A stretch of DNA of 64,000 nucleotides from contig CAWGYD010000004.1 in the NCBI GenBank assembly GCA_963826785.1, forward strand, positions 401,457-465,456, read 5' to 3'. The notes below the pieces were generated by a model that did not search any database, had not been told where the DNA came from, and saw nothing but the letters and a program-made list of their open reading frames with translations. The position numbers and the translations under genes are program-made. The number at the start of each line of letters is the position of its first letter. Positions within the stretch are counted from its first letter, which is position 1. This document shows positions 28,492 to 38,796 of this stretch, in pieces. The DNA is from an uncultured delta proteobacterium (GTDB taxonomy: Bacteria > Desulfobacterota > Desulfobacteria > Desulfobacterales > Desulfosalsimonadaceae).

Positions 28492-30141
28492 ATGACCTTG
28501 TCTGCTTTTCATCCGCGCCGGATGGCCCGCTGGATTCAATCCGTCAGCATCGGCATCATACCGGTGACTGTCGGTGTCGTTTTTTTTCTGATCGTGTTTG
28601 ACAATCAATCTTTCTTCAAAGCGGTTTTAAAAGCCATGGGGCGCTTTACCCCGGTGGATGCCGCCTTCATGGCATCCCTGGTGGTTTCCCTGGCCGCGGC
28701 AATGACATTTATCCTGTCCTTGGTCGCTTTCAAATATCTGTTTAAGCCCGTGGTCACGCTGCTGCTGGTCACCGCCGCGTTTGCCGCCTATTTCATGGAT
28801 GCCTACGGGATCATGATCGACAAAAGCATGATGGTCAACATCATGCAGACCGATTCGGGGGAAGTCGGGGAATTGATCAATCTCGGCATGTTTTATCACG
28901 CGACGCTTTTCGGGATCCTGCCCAGCCTGGTCCTCTGGAAGATCAAAATCGCTTACCGGCCCTTTTTCAGGGAAATGCTGTCAAAACTCGGCATACTGCT
29001 GATCTGCCTGGCGATCCTGGGGGTAAACGCCGCCTTCTTTTACAAGGATTACGCTTCCATCTTCCGCAACAACCGGTACCTGCGCTATCTGATCAATCCG
29101 GTCAACTACATCTATGCGACGCAATCGTATGTGAAACATCAATTCGACAGCGGCATCAAGATTATCCTCCCCATTGGCGAGGATGCGGTGGCGGCGGTCG
29201 GTCCCGCCGGCGGCAAAAAAACGGTGACCATTCTGGTGCTGGGGGAGACCGCCCGGGCGGCCAATTTTTCCCTGGACGGATATGAAAGAGACACCAATCC
29301 GCTCCTGAGCAAGGAAGACATCATCAATTTCAGTCATTTCTATTCCAGCGGAACCTCCACCGCCGAGTCGCTTCCCCGCATGTTTTCACACCAGACCCGG
29401 GATACGTTTTCCGATGACAAGAATTATGAGAATGTACTGGATGTGCTGTCCCATGCGGGCATGAGCGTCCTGTGGCGGGAGAACAACTCAGGGTGCAAGG
29501 GGCTTTGCCAGCGGGTCGATTTCGAAGACCTGCGGGACTCGACCGTATCCGGATTGTGCCGACCGGACGAATGCTACGATGAAATCCTGCTGCACAATTT
29601 AAAGGATTATATTGACAAAGCGGACAATGACATCTTTATTGTGCTCCATCAGAAGGGGAGCCATGGCCCCACTTACGACCTGCGGTACCCGGATGCGTTC
29701 CGCAAGTTTACCCCCGTGTGCAGCAAGGGGCGGATGGAAGACTGCACCCGGCAGGAGATCATCAATTCCTATGACAATACCATCCTGTACACGGATTATT
29801 TCCTGTCCCGGGTGATCGGGTTCCTGCAGGATATTTCAGGTCAATATAACACCGCCATGCTCTATGCGTCCGATCACGGCGAGTCGCTGGGTGAAAACAA
29901 TGTGTACCTGCACGGGCTGCCGTACTGGATGGCACCCGACGAGCAGACGCATGTACCGTTTATCCTCTGGTTTTCAAAAGGATTCACGGACCGGTTCAAA
30001 ATCGACATTCCCCGCTTGAGAGCAGAGAGTGATCAGACGTATTCCCATGACGCACTGTTCAGTTCGATCCTGGGGATGCTGGATATAAAAACCAGCGTAT
30101 ATGACAAATCCCTGGATATTTTTGCGGGATGCAAAAACTAA
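28492..30141 (+). CDS. eptA: Lipid A phosphoethanolamine transferase (EptA family)
   Basis: N-terminal TM helices; GETARAANF..YERDTNP, SGTSTAES, HQKGSHGP, YDNTI and SDHGESLGE..YLHG. Confidence 0.93.
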   Translation: MTLSAFHPRRMARWIQSVSIGIIPVTVGVVFFLIVFDNQSFFKAVLKAMGRFTPVDAAFMASLVVSLAAAMTFILSLVAFKYLFKPVVTLLLVTAAFAAYFMDAYGIMIDKSMMVNIMQTDSGEVGELINLGMFYHATLFGILPSLVLWKIKIAYRPFFREMLSKLGILLICLAILGVNAAFFYKDYASIFRNNRYLRYLINPVNYIYATQSYVKHQFDSGIKIILPIGEDAVAAVGPAGGKKTVTILVLGETARAANFSLDGYERDTNPLLSKEDIINFSHFYSSGTSTAESLPRMFSHQTRDTFSDDKNYENVLDVLSHAGMSVLWRENNSGCKGLCQRVDFEDLRDSTVSGLCRPDECYDEILLHNLKDYIDKADNDIFIVLHQKGSHGPTYDLRYPDAFRKFTPVCSKGRMEDCTRQEIINSYDNTILYTDYFLSRVIGFLQDISGQYNTAMLYASDHGESLGENNVYLHGLPYWMAPDEQTHVPFILWFSKGFTDRFKIDIPRLRAESDQTYSHDALFSSILGMLDIKTSVYDKSLDIFAGCKN

Positions 30142-31331
30142 TCAAGAACAACCCCATGTACATCTACCTGATGGTGCTGACCATCTGCGCCACGGGGGGG
30201 CTCCAGGCCTGGCGGACCCTTTTTGACAATTATGCCGTCAATATTATCGGGTTGAACGGGGAGCATGTGGGGGTGGTGCAGAGCGTCCGGGAAATCCCCG
30301 GATTTCTATCCCTGCTGGTGGTGTACGTTCTGCTGGTGGTCAGGGAATACAAGCTGTCCGCCCTGTCCGTGCTGCTGCTGGGCATCGGGGTGGCGGCAAC
30401 CGGGCTGGCGCCCTCCTTTTACGGCATTGTCTTTACCACCATGGTGATGAGCTTCGGGTTTCATTATTTCGAAACCACCAACCAGTCGCTGACCCTGCAG
30501 TATTTCGATGTCCGCACCTCTCCGCTGGTGTTCGGAAAACTCAGAAGTTATGCCGCGGCCTCCAACATCGGCGCGGGGATCGTGATTCTCATCATCGCCC
30601 CTCTGATGAGCTATAAGCAGATGTACCTGCTGTTCGGCGCCCTGATCATCGGGGCCGCCCTGTGGGCGATGACCCGAAATCCCACCGACAAAAACATCAT
30701 CCCCCAGCACAGAAAGATGCTGCTCAAGAAACAATACTGGCTGTTTTACGCGCTGACCTTCATGGCCGGGGCCCGGCGGCAGATCTTCATTGCTTTTGCG
30801 GTATACCTGCTGGTGCGTAAATTCGAATTTTCCGTCCAGGAGATCGCGGCCCTGTTTCTGGTCAACAACGTGATCAATTATTTCCTGAGCCCGTTTATCG
30901 GCAAGTGCATTGTCCGGTTTGGCGAGCGCCGGGTCCTCTCCCTGGAGTATTTCAGCCTGATTCTGATATTTGTAGCCTATGCGATGGTCCAGTCCAAGCT
31001 CCTGGTGGCGTTTTTGTATATCGCGGATCATATATTCTTCAATTTTGCCATTGCCATCCGGACATTCTTCCAGAAAATCGCCGATCCCCGGCATATCGCC
31101 CCCAGCATGGCGGTGGGGTTTACCATCAACCACATTGCCGCGGTGATCCTGCCGGCCGTGGGCGGCCTTCTGTGGATGGTGGACTATCGGATCCCCTTTG
31201 TCGCCGGCGCATTTTTCAGCCTGATCTCCCTGATCCTGGTCCAGCAGATCACCGGGCAGCTGCAAAAAAACGGCCGCCCCGAAGAAATGCCGGAAATCGC
31301 CGCAAAGATAATCCTCCCCAAAACCCTATAA
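30129..31331 (+). CDS. MFS transporter
   Basis: About 12 hydrophobic segments; REIPGFL, GARRQIF and FTINHIAAV; overlaps eptA by 13 nt. Confidence 0.88.
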   Translation: MQKLIKNNPMYIYLMVLTICATGGLQAWRTLFDNYAVNIIGLNGEHVGVVQSVREIPGFLSLLVVYVLLVVREYKLSALSVLLLGIGVAATGLAPSFYGIVFTTMVMSFGFHYFETTNQSLTLQYFDVRTSPLVFGKLRSYAAASNIGAGIVILIIAPLMSYKQMYLLFGALIIGAALWAMTRNPTDKNIIPQHRKMLLKKQYWLFYALTFMAGARRQIFIAFAVYLLVRKFEFSVQEIAALFLVNNVINYFLSPFIGKCIVRFGERRVLSLEYFSLILIFVAYAMVQSKLLVAFLYIADHIFFNFAIAIRTFFQKIADPRHIAPSMAVGFTINHIAAVILPAVGGLLWMVDYRIPFVAGAFFSLISLILVQQITGQLQKNGRPEEMPEIAAKIILPKTL

Positions 31332-31380
31332 CGTCTTAAAACAGTTAAGTGACTTCATTTTTTTGTCATCCGCAGGTTCA

Positions 31381-31503
31381 ACACCCCCCCTGCCCCCCTC
31401 AAGGGGGGAATTAACGTAATTTCAAAACCTAATCCCCCCTCGGGATTTAAACGTAATTTCAAAGCTTAATCCCCCCTTGAGGGGGGGAATTAAAGGGGGG
31501 TGT
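31381..31503. repeat. Family A composite element: inverted REP pair enclosing two direct repeats
   Basis: ACACCCCCCC..CCCCCCTCAAGGGGGGAATT ... AATCCCCCCTTGAGGGGGGG...GGGGGGTGT, with internal AACGTAATTTCAAA-(ACC/GCT)-TAATCCCCCC twice. Confidence 0.85.
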
Positions 31504-31768
31504 GCCGGCGGCGGCCGTTACGATTCTAAAGTTCCTTTCCTGCAAAAACACCGCCCAGCGGGGTCGGGCGCTTTTTACAGGGCCATCCAACTTGAAAACA
31601 TCCTTTTCTGTTTTACTCTAAACACCTGTGATGCATCAGATATGAATTTGTGTACATCGGTTCCATGGTCTGAAACACGCCGGAGGCCAAGCGAGGTAAA
31701 AACGTTGCGTACCGGGGTCCTATGTTTTGTTGTCATGATCATAGACTGTAGCTAAATGGGGATTTTCG

Positions 31769-31796
31769 TTGACTTTTCATGCAAAAAGAATAGTCT
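31769..31796 (+). promoter_or_regulatory. Candidate sigma70 promoter of the hmc operon
   Basis: TTGACT-N16-TAGTCT about 100 nt upstream of hmcA. Confidence 0.4.
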
Positions 31797-31895
31797 GTTC
31801 ACTTGGTGGTCAATCCAAATACAAGATGTTTCAAGCTGTCCCTGGAAACGTTTCAAGTCTTTAAAGCGGGTTAATTTCGACGAAAAGGTAAAGGC

Positions 31896-33566
31896 ATGCT
31901 GCAAGATGTTCGCTTCGGCGGAATGAAGTTCGTGATCCTGATCGCTGTTTGCTTGATCCCCCTGTTAGCCGGCCCCGCGCGGGCGGATTCCGAGTCCGGC
32001 AAATCAAACGAAGGGGGCCCCGGTCTTTTGGAGATACGGATGAAGGGTGCTGAAAAAATGCCGCCGGTGCCGTTTCCGCATGCCGGGCACACGAAAAACA
32101 TCGAGTCTGAAAATGTTGCGGATGGAAATTGTCTGGTGTGCCATCTGAAAAAGGATGGAAAGCTGATATTTGATTTCAGGAATGCCGATGTCCTTGGCTA
32201 TGAAGGCGCCATGGCCCTTTACCATGATGAATGCGGCGGCTGCCATAAGAAAATGAAGGCAAAAGGCGAAACATCCGGACCGATGATCAGCAGCTGCCGG
32301 GAATGCCACCGCGAGGAAAAGGTGCCGGCACCTGCCTGGCAGCCCCTGGATTTTGACCGGTCTTTGCATTACCGGCACGTCACATCACCGGAAATCCGGT
32401 TCATGCCGCAGGTGTTCGACACCAACTGCGGCGCATGCCACCACGTCTATGATGAACAGCTGAAAAAGACGGTTTACAAGGAAGGCGAAGAAGGGTCCTG
32501 CCAGTACTGCCACAAGGCCGTGAAAACAGATGACACCCGCTCCTGGCCGAATGCGGCCCATGCCATGTGCGTCAACTGCCATCTGGACGAGCGGAAACAA
32601 AACAAAAAAGCCGGTCCGGTGGAATGCGCCGGCTGTCACAGCCGGCAGGGACAGGCGAAGATCGAGACGATATCGGAGGTGCCGCGGCTGAAATGGAAAC
32701 AGCCGGATGCCGTTTTATTGATTCCCTGGCTGAAGGAGGCCGTCAAACTGGGGAAACTGCCCGAGCAGTTGACCGATCCGGTGGTGTTCAACCACAAAGC
32801 CCATGAAGCGGTGACCGGCAAGTGCCGGCAATGCCACCATGCCTCCATGGAACCCTGTGCCAAATGCCACACCACCCGGGGGAGCAAAGAAGGCGATTTC
32901 ATTCCCCTGGAAAGGGCCATGCACGAAAAGAAGTCCAATATCAGCTGCGTGGGGTGCCATCAGGATGCCATGTGGCAGCCCGACTGCGCCGGCTGTCATG
33001 CCCGCATGGCCAACCAGCCGTTTGCCGACATGGAATGCCGGCGGTGCCACAGCATCGATCCGCAGCAGCTGAAAACCCTGCCGGTGACGGATGCGGAAAG
33101 AAAACAGATCGCCGAAACAGTGGTCCAGAATCGGGATTTGACCCAGCAGATGGTGCCCGAAAAGGATATCCCCGAGAAGGTGAAGATCGATATCATGTCC
33201 GATGTGTACCAGCCGGCCGAATTTCCCCATCGCAAGATCGTGCTCGCGCTGGCTGAAAAGACCGGAAAGAGCAAGTTGGCTGCATGGTTTCACGATAAGC
33301 CGGAAACCCTGTGCATGGGATGCCATCACAACAGCCCGGCATCACTCAGACCGCCGCGATGCGTGAGCTGCCATGCGCTTTCCGGAGCCGGAACGGCCGA
33401 AGAGCGGCCCGCCCTCAAGGGGGCGTATCACGGTCAGTGCATCGGATGCCATATCAAGATGAATATTGAAAAGCCTTCGGCGACCGACTGCATCGGCTGC
33501 CATAAGCAGGCAACACGCAACATGAAACAAGAAACAGAAAATACGGAAGTACGTCAGCCCTTTTAA
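31896..33566 (+). CDS. hmcA: High-molecular-mass 16-heme cytochrome c
   Basis: Signal peptide and 16 counted CxxCH motifs in class III arrangement. Confidence 0.95.
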   Translation: MLQDVRFGGMKFVILIAVCLIPLLAGPARADSESGKSNEGGPGLLEIRMKGAEKMPPVPFPHAGHTKNIESENVADGNCLVCHLKKDGKLIFDFRNADVLGYEGAMALYHDECGGCHKKMKAKGETSGPMISSCRECHREEKVPAPAWQPLDFDRSLHYRHVTSPEIRFMPQVFDTNCGACHHVYDEQLKKTVYKEGEEGSCQYCHKAVKTDDTRSWPNAAHAMCVNCHLDERKQNKKAGPVECAGCHSRQGQAKIETISEVPRLKWKQPDAVLLIPWLKEAVKLGKLPEQLTDPVVFNHKAHEAVTGKCRQCHHASMEPCAKCHTTRGSKEGDFIPLERAMHEKKSNISCVGCHQDAMWQPDCAGCHARMANQPFADMECRRCHSIDPQQLKTLPVTDAERKQIAETVVQNRDLTQQMVPEKDIPEKVKIDIMSDVYQPAEFPHRKIVLALAEKTGKSKLAAWFHDKPETLCMGCHHNSPASLRPPRCVSCHALSGAGTAEERPALKGAYHGQCIGCHIKMNIEKPSATDCIGCHKQATRNMKQETENTEVRQPF

Positions 33567-33568
33567 AG

Positions 33569-33774
33569 ACACCCCCCAAGCCCCCCTCAAGGGGGGAATT
33601 GGAGAGTCAGATATAACATTTTAATTCACCCCTTAAGGGGAGCATCTGCTTTGAAATCCACCATAGAGTGGGGCACCTGCTTAGTTCCCCCATTGAAAGG
33701 GGCACCTTCTTTAAATCCCAACCTAGGGGGGTAATCTCCTTTAAATCCCCCCTTGAGGGGGGCTTGGGGGGTGT
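33569..33774. repeat. Family A composite element: 29-nt perfect inverted termini with a 30-nt-period degenerate array
   Basis: ACACCCCCCAAGCCCCCCTCAAGGGGGGA (33569) and its exact reverse complement ending at 33774; units begin near 33621, 33651, 33681, 33711 and 33741. Confidence 0.9.
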
Positions 33775-33807
33775 TGGGTAAGTAACTGAATACAAGGTAA
33801 ATTGATT

Positions 33808-34935
33808 ATGTCCATCACCCGTAGAAGATTTTTAAGCTGGATCGCCGCCGGGGCCGGGGCCGGGGCCGGCACCCTGTATGCCAATAAATCATATGCTGCC
33901 GGAAACATCCATTTCACGGGATACCCGGGAAGCTCCGGCGTCCTGCACGATATCACCCGGTGCATCGGTTGCCGCAAGTGCGAGGCGGCCTGCAACCAGG
34001 TGAACAAGCTGCCGGCGCCGGAAACGCCCTTTGACAACCTGGACGTGCTGAAGGCATACCGGGAGCTGAACCCGGCCATGTACACGGTGGTCAACCGGTT
34101 CTACCCGGCATCTCCGCAGCTGCCGGTGCATGTCAAGCGGCAGTGCAATCACTGCCTGGAGCCGGCTTGCGCCTCTGCCTGCTTCGTCAAGGCCTTGAAA
34201 AAACAAAAAACGGGTGCCGTCACCTATGATGCATCCCTGTGCGTCGGCTGCCGCTACTGCATGGTCGCCTGTCCCTTTAGCGTGCCGGCCTATGAATATC
34301 ACAACCCCCTGACCCCGAAGGTGATGAAGTGCACCATGTGCCATCCCCGGCTGGAAAAGGGGCTGCTGCCCGGGTGCGTGGAAGCCTGCCCCAAGGAGGC
34401 GCTGACCTTCGGCAAGCGGGATGAACTGATCCGGGTCGCCCGGCAGCGGATGTATCAATATCCCGAACGCTATATCGATCACATCTACGGTGAAAACGAA
34501 ATGGGCGGCACCAGCTGGCTGTATCTGGCGGGAAGCCCCTTCGGCAGCCTGGGCATGAGAGAAGACCTGGGCGTTACCCCGGCCCCGGCCCTGACGTCCG
34601 GCGCCCTGGCCGTGGTGCCCATGGCCGTGACCCTGGGCGTGGTGCTTCTCACCGGCATCCATGCCATTGCCCAGCGCAGGGATCGGGTAGCCGAAGAGGA
34701 GCAGAACCAGGCGGTCGCGCAGACCCGGGCTGAGGCGGATGCCAGGATGCACGAAAAGCTGGCCGAACAGAAGAAGGCGGCGGAAAAGGAAAAAGAGGCC
34801 GCCGTCAAGCGCGAAGTGGAAAAGGCGCTGGCCGAAGCGGCCGAAAAGGAAAAGAAAGCGCAATCCGCCGGGGCGTCCGTCGAAGACAAACCCGGCCCAT
34901 CCGCAGCATCGGATGCCGGCGAGGAGGAAGAATAG
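33808..34935 (+). CDS. hmcB: Hmc complex 4Fe-4S protein with Tat signal
   Basis: SITRRRFL twin-arginine signal; [36 protein letters not shown] and KCTMC...CVEACP; C-terminal TM helix and charged tail. Confidence 0.95.
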   Translation: MSITRRRFLSWIAAGAGAGAGTLYANKSYAAGNIHFTGYPGSSGVLHDITRCIGCRKCEAACNQVNKLPAPETPFDNLDVLKAYRELNPAMYTVVNRFYPASPQLPVHVKRQCNHCLEPACASACFVKALKKQKTGAVTYDASLCVGCRYCMVACPFSVPAYEYHNPLTPKVMKCTMCHPRLEKGLLPGCVEACPKEALTFGKRDELIRVARQRMYQYPERYIDHIYGENEMGGTSWLYLAGSPFGSLGMREDLGVTPAPALTSGALAVVPMAVTLGVVLLTGIHAIAQRRDRVAEEEQNQAVAQTRAEADARMHEKLAEQKKAAEKEKEAAVKREVEKALAEAAEKEKKAQSAGASVEDKPGPSAASDAGEEEE

Positions 34936-34940
34936 TATTT

Positions 34941-36116
34941 ATGGAACAGCAGCATTCAGCCGCTCCCCTTCATCAGTCGTACTTTACCCCATTTAATATC
35001 GTTTCGGGCCTGATCATCGCCATGGGACTGGTCCTGACGATCCTGCGGTTCACCGGCGGCCTAGGGGCGGTGACCCACCTGGATCACAACAACCCGTGGG
35101 GGCTCTGGATCGGGTTTGACCTGCTGTGCGGCGTGGCCCTGGCCGCCGGCGGATACATGACCTCGGCGGCGGTCTACATCTTCGGGCTGAAGCGGTACCA
35201 CAGCGCGGTCCGGCCGGCGATTCTCACCGCTTTTCTGGGATACGCCCTGGTGGTGCTGGCCCTGCATTACGACGTGGGGCGGCCGTGGCGGCTGCCGTAC
35301 CCGATATTCCTGTCCCAGGGGACTTCGTCTCTTCTGTTTGAAGTGGCATTGTGCGTGTTTCTCTACCTGACCGTGCTGTTTATCGAGTTTTCCCCCGCGG
35401 CCATGGAATGGCTGGGCATGAAGCGGGCCCGGAACGTGGTGGTCCGGCTGGTGCTGGTGCTCACCATTTTCGGCGTGATCCTGTCCACCCTGCACCAGTC
35501 GTCGCTGGGCGCACTGTATCTCATCGCACCGTCAAAGCTCCATCCGCTGTGGTACTCCACCTATCTGGCGCTCTTTTTCTATGTATCGAGCATGTTTGCG
35601 GGGCTTTCCATGGTGATTTTCGAAAGCACCCTGTCGCATAAGTTCCTGCATCACAAGATGGATGCCGAACACAAGGCGGAAAGCGACGGAGTGGCGCTCG
35701 GTTTTGCCAAGGCCGCCTCCTTCATCATGATGGGGTATGTCTTTATCCAGCTGATCGGGCTGGCCGTGGACAACGACTGGCATTACCTGGCCACCGGCTG
35801 GGGGGCCTGGTACCTTCTGGAGCTGGTGGGTTTTGTGGCCCTGCCGTCGTTTTCCTATGCCATCGGGGTGCGGGAGAAAAATATCCGCCTGATCCGGTGG
35901 ACGGCCCTCTGGACGGTGCTCGGCATCGTGTTGAACCGCTTGAACGTCTCCCTGATCGCCTTTAACTGGCAGCTGCCCGCATCCCAGCGGTATTTCCCCA
36001 GCTGGATGGAAATCGGGACCACCCTGTTCATCGTTACGCTCGGGGTGGTGATCTACCGCTTTATCGCCACCCGGATGCCGATTCTCTATGCGCATCCGGA
36101 ATATCATCAGGATTAG
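34941..36116 (+). CDS. hmcC: Hmc complex NrfD-family membrane subunit
   Basis: PWGLWIGFDLLCGVALAAGG, DVGRPWR and LSTLHQSSLG. Confidence 0.95.
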   Translation: MEQQHSAAPLHQSYFTPFNIVSGLIIAMGLVLTILRFTGGLGAVTHLDHNNPWGLWIGFDLLCGVALAAGGYMTSAAVYIFGLKRYHSAVRPAILTAFLGYALVVLALHYDVGRPWRLPYPIFLSQGTSSLLFEVALCVFLYLTVLFIEFSPAAMEWLGMKRARNVVVRLVLVLTIFGVILSTLHQSSLGALYLIAPSKLHPLWYSTYLALFFYVSSMFAGLSMVIFESTLSHKFLHHKMDAEHKAESDGVALGFAKAASFIMMGYVFIQLIGLAVDNDWHYLATGWGAWYLLELVGFVALPSFSYAIGVREKNIRLIRWTALWTVLGIVLNRLNVSLIAFNWQLPASQRYFPSWMEIGTTLFIVTLGVVIYRFIATRMPILYAHPEYHQD

Positions 36117-36128
36117 GAAACTTTTAAA

Positions 36129-36272
36129 ATGGAAAATGCGTTTTTCACACTGCAGGATTTCATGCTTCACTCGAAAGCGATGGCCTACCTGCTCATGGCC
36201 GCGGCCCTGATCGGATTGCCCCTGTTCTGGACCTTTCTGACCGGTCGGGACAAAAAAAAACGGACGTTTTGA
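36129..36272 (+). CDS. hmcD: Hmc complex small membrane subunit (47 aa)
   Basis: Hand translation MENAFFTLQDFMLHSKAMAYLLMAAALIGLPLFWTFLTGRDKKKRTF; position between hmcC and hmcE; below the ORF-track size cutoff. Confidence 0.88.
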   Translation: MENAFFTLQDFMLHSKAMAYLLMAAALIGLPLFWTFLTGRDKKKRTF

Positions 36273-36315
36273 TCATGTTTCATTTACGCGTGTCGCGGCA
36301 AGGAGGCAAAGCACA

Positions 36316-36999
36316 ATGTATGCGTTTTTAACCGGGCCGATGTTTTATCTTTCCCTGGCGGTGTTCGTCATCGGCCTGATCGTCCGGGTGGTCCTTTATA
36401 TCCGGGGGCTGGACTGGAAACTCGATCGGGTGGCCTACCGGGCCCATCCCAAAGCAGGGATCCGGGGTGCCCTGCGTTCGGTCTTTTTCTGGCTGATCCC
36501 TTTCGGGACCCGCAGCTGGCGGACCCAGCCGTTCATGACGGTGGTATTCTTCATTTTCCATATCGGCGTGGTGCTGGTGCCGCTGTTTCTGCTGGGCCAC
36601 AACCTGTTTTTGCAGGAAGCGCTCGGGTTTTCCTTTTTCTTCACCCTCCCGCCGGCGGCGGCCGACGCGCTGACCTGGGGGGTGGTGGTCTCGGCAATCC
36701 TGCTGGCGCTGCGGCGGGTGGCCCTGCCGGAAGTCCGGATACTGACCACCGGGTATGATTACCTGATCCTGGCCATTTCCGCGGCCCCGTTTGTCACCGG
36801 CCTGGTCTGCCGCTACGGCGCAGGCGATTATTCGGCCTGGATCACCGCTCATGTCGTGGCCGGGGAACTGCTGCTAATCGCCGCGCCGTTCACCAAATTG
36901 TCCCATATCGTCTTGTATTTCATGTCCCGGGGCCAGATCGGAATGGATTTCGGCATCAAACGCGGCGGCATGAAGAAGAACGGGGATATGGCCTGGTAA
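36316..36999 (+). CDS. hmcE: Hmc complex NarI-type cytochrome b subunit
   Basis: LDRVAY, FFIFHIG..LGHN, HVVAGE and PFTKLSH heme-ligand histidines. Confidence 0.93.
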   Translation: MYAFLTGPMFYLSLAVFVIGLIVRVVLYIRGLDWKLDRVAYRAHPKAGIRGALRSVFFWLIPFGTRSWRTQPFMTVVFFIFHIGVVLVPLFLLGHNLFLQEALGFSFFFTLPPAAADALTWGVVVSAILLALRRVALPEVRILTTGYDYLILAISAAPFVTGLVCRYGAGDYSAWITAHVVAGELLLIAAPFTKLSHIVLYFMSRGQIGMDFGIKRGGMKKNGDMAW

Positions 37000-37046
37000 C
37001 ATCAGGATCATTTATTTTCTAAGACAATTGAAATCAGGAGTTTGTC

Positions 37047-38435
37047 ATGCCGGAAGGTACGCTGTGCAACAAGCAGCCGATCAATACCGATGAAGCGCTG
37101 AAGACCCTTCTTGGGGACAAGGGGGGCAAGACATATTACGAGGAAATGAAGCATTTGGAGGTGGACAGCAAAAAGCTGTGGGACACCATCCAGAAAACAA
37201 TGAAATCCCGCCTGAAGACCTGGCTTTCCATCTGCGCCCACTGCGGCATGTGCGCCGACAGCTGCTTTTTGTACCGCATCAACGACTGCGACCCCAAACA
37301 GGTGCCGGCGTATAAAATCCAGTCCACCCTGGGGGAGATCGTCCGGAAAAAGGGCCGCGTGAGCAACGAATTCATGCACATGGCCATGGAGACCGCCTGG
37401 GCCAAGTGCACCTGCTGCAACCGGTGCGCGCTGTACTGCCCGCACGGCATCGACGTGGGGGTGATGATGGGTTATCTTCGGGGCCTGCTTTACCAGCAGG
37501 GGTTCGTCCCATGGGAGATGAAGATCGGGGCCGGCATGCACCGGGTTTACCGGGCCCAGATGGATGTCACCCCCGAGGATTTCATCGAAACCTTCGAGTG
37601 GATGGTGGATGAATGGGGTGAGGAATATGCCGGACTGAGCGTACCGGTGGATAAGGTCGGGGCCGATATCATGTACACGGTCAACGCCCGGGAGGTCAAA
37701 CACTACCCCGAGGATCTGGCCGAGGCCGCCATCTTGTTCAACATCGCCGGCGAGGACTGGACCGTTCCCAGTTCGGGATGGGAGCTGACCAGCCTGGCCA
37801 TGTTCGCCGGGGACTGGGAGGCCTGCGCCATGCAGGTAAAAAGCGTCTATGATGCCATGGAGCGGCTCAAGCCCAAACGGATGGTGGGGACCGAGTGCGG
37901 ACACGCCCACCGGGCCACCGTGGTGGAAGGGCCCTACTGGGCCGGCCGGGAGGACGGGCAGACCCCGGTGCCCTCGATTCATTATGTGGAATGGGTGGCC
38001 GAGGCGCTGCGGACGGGTAAACTCAAGATCGATCCGGAAAAGCGGATCAAACGGCCGGTCACCGTTCAGGATTCCTGCAACTACGTCCGCAATCATGGTC
38101 TAAAGGAAGCCACCCGGGAAATTATCAGCTACATGGTGGAACCGGGCTACTTCATCGATATGGCGCCCAACAGGCAGCATAACTACTGCTGCGGCGGCGG
38201 CGGCGGGTTCAACGGCATCGGCCTGTTCCGTCCCCAGCGGAACAAGGCCCTGATCACCAAGCGGGACCAGATCTTAAACACCGGCGCCGAACTGGTCATC
38301 GCCCCCTGCCACAACTGCTGGGACGCCATCCGGGATCTCGAGGAGGAATACAAGATCGGCATCGAATGGTCTTTCTTGAAGCCGCTGCTGATCAAAATGG
38401 TGGAGGTGCCCGCGCATATGAAGGTGGAGGAATGA
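37047..38435 (+). CDS. hmcF: Hmc complex HdrD-like (Fe-S, CCG domain) subunit
   Basis: [39 protein letters not shown] and PCHNC. Confidence 0.95.
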   Translation: MPEGTLCNKQPINTDEALKTLLGDKGGKTYYEEMKHLEVDSKKLWDTIQKTMKSRLKTWLSICAHCGMCADSCFLYRINDCDPKQVPAYKIQSTLGEIVRKKGRVSNEFMHMAMETAWAKCTCCNRCALYCPHGIDVGVMMGYLRGLLYQQGFVPWEMKIGAGMHRVYRAQMDVTPEDFIETFEWMVDEWGEEYAGLSVPVDKVGADIMYTVNAREVKHYPEDLAEAAILFNIAGEDWTVPSSGWELTSLAMFAGDWEACAMQVKSVYDAMERLKPKRMVGTECGHAHRATVVEGPYWAGREDGQTPVPSIHYVEWVAEALRTGKLKIDPEKRIKRPVTVQDSCNYVRNHGLKEATREIISYMVEPGYFIDMAPNRQHNYCCGGGGGFNGIGLFRPQRNKALITKRDQILNTGAELVIAPCHNCWDAIRDLEEEYKIGIEWSFLKPLLIKMVEVPAHMKVEE

Positions 38436-38457
38436 ACTGGCGACCTTGATTTTACGC

Positions 38458-38493
38458 TTGACAACATGGCAAAGTGTAAATACGGTAATTACA
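38458..38493 (+). promoter_or_regulatory. TA promoter with overlapping palindromic operator
   Basis: TTGACA-N17-TACGGT; imperfect palindrome TGTAAATACGGTAATTACA (38475-38493) covers the -10 box. Confidence 0.6.
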
Positions 38494-38523
38494 AAAGTTA
38501 TGATCAAACAAGGAGCCAAACCC

Positions 38524-38796
38524 ATGGAAAATCACATAAGAGTAAGAGATGCAAAACTGATTCCGATTGGAAACTCAAAGGGGGTTCGTATACCCAAAGC
38601 GCTCCTCCAAAAATACGGTCTGAAAGGTTCTCTTTTAATTGAAGAAACCGACAAGGGGCTGCTGCTTCGGAATAAAGAGGAAAGTAAGCTTTCCTGGGAA
38701 GAAACATATAAATCCATGGCAATGGAAAAGGAACATTGGGCCGATTTTGACACAACGCTTCTTGATGGGTTGGAGGATGAGGACTTTGAGTATTAA
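38524..38796 (+). CDS. AbrB/MazE/SpoVT-family antitoxin
   Basis: LIPIGNSKGVRIPKALL and an acidic C-terminus; ATG 38524. Confidence 0.92.
   Translation: MENHIRVRDAKLIPIGNSKGVRIPKALLQKYGLKGSLLIEETDKGLLLRNKEESKLSWEETYKSMAMEKEHWADFDTTLLDGLEDEDFEY

Noticed and set aside
28492..30141. Mobile mcr colistin-resistance gene
   Set aside because: Only family-level motifs are visible and there is no IS or plasmid context, so it is called a chromosomal EptA-family gene.
33621..33774. CRISPR array
   Set aside because: Units are contiguous degenerate 30-mers with no identical repeat and unique spacer alternation, they sit inside REP-type inverted termini, and no cas genes are present.
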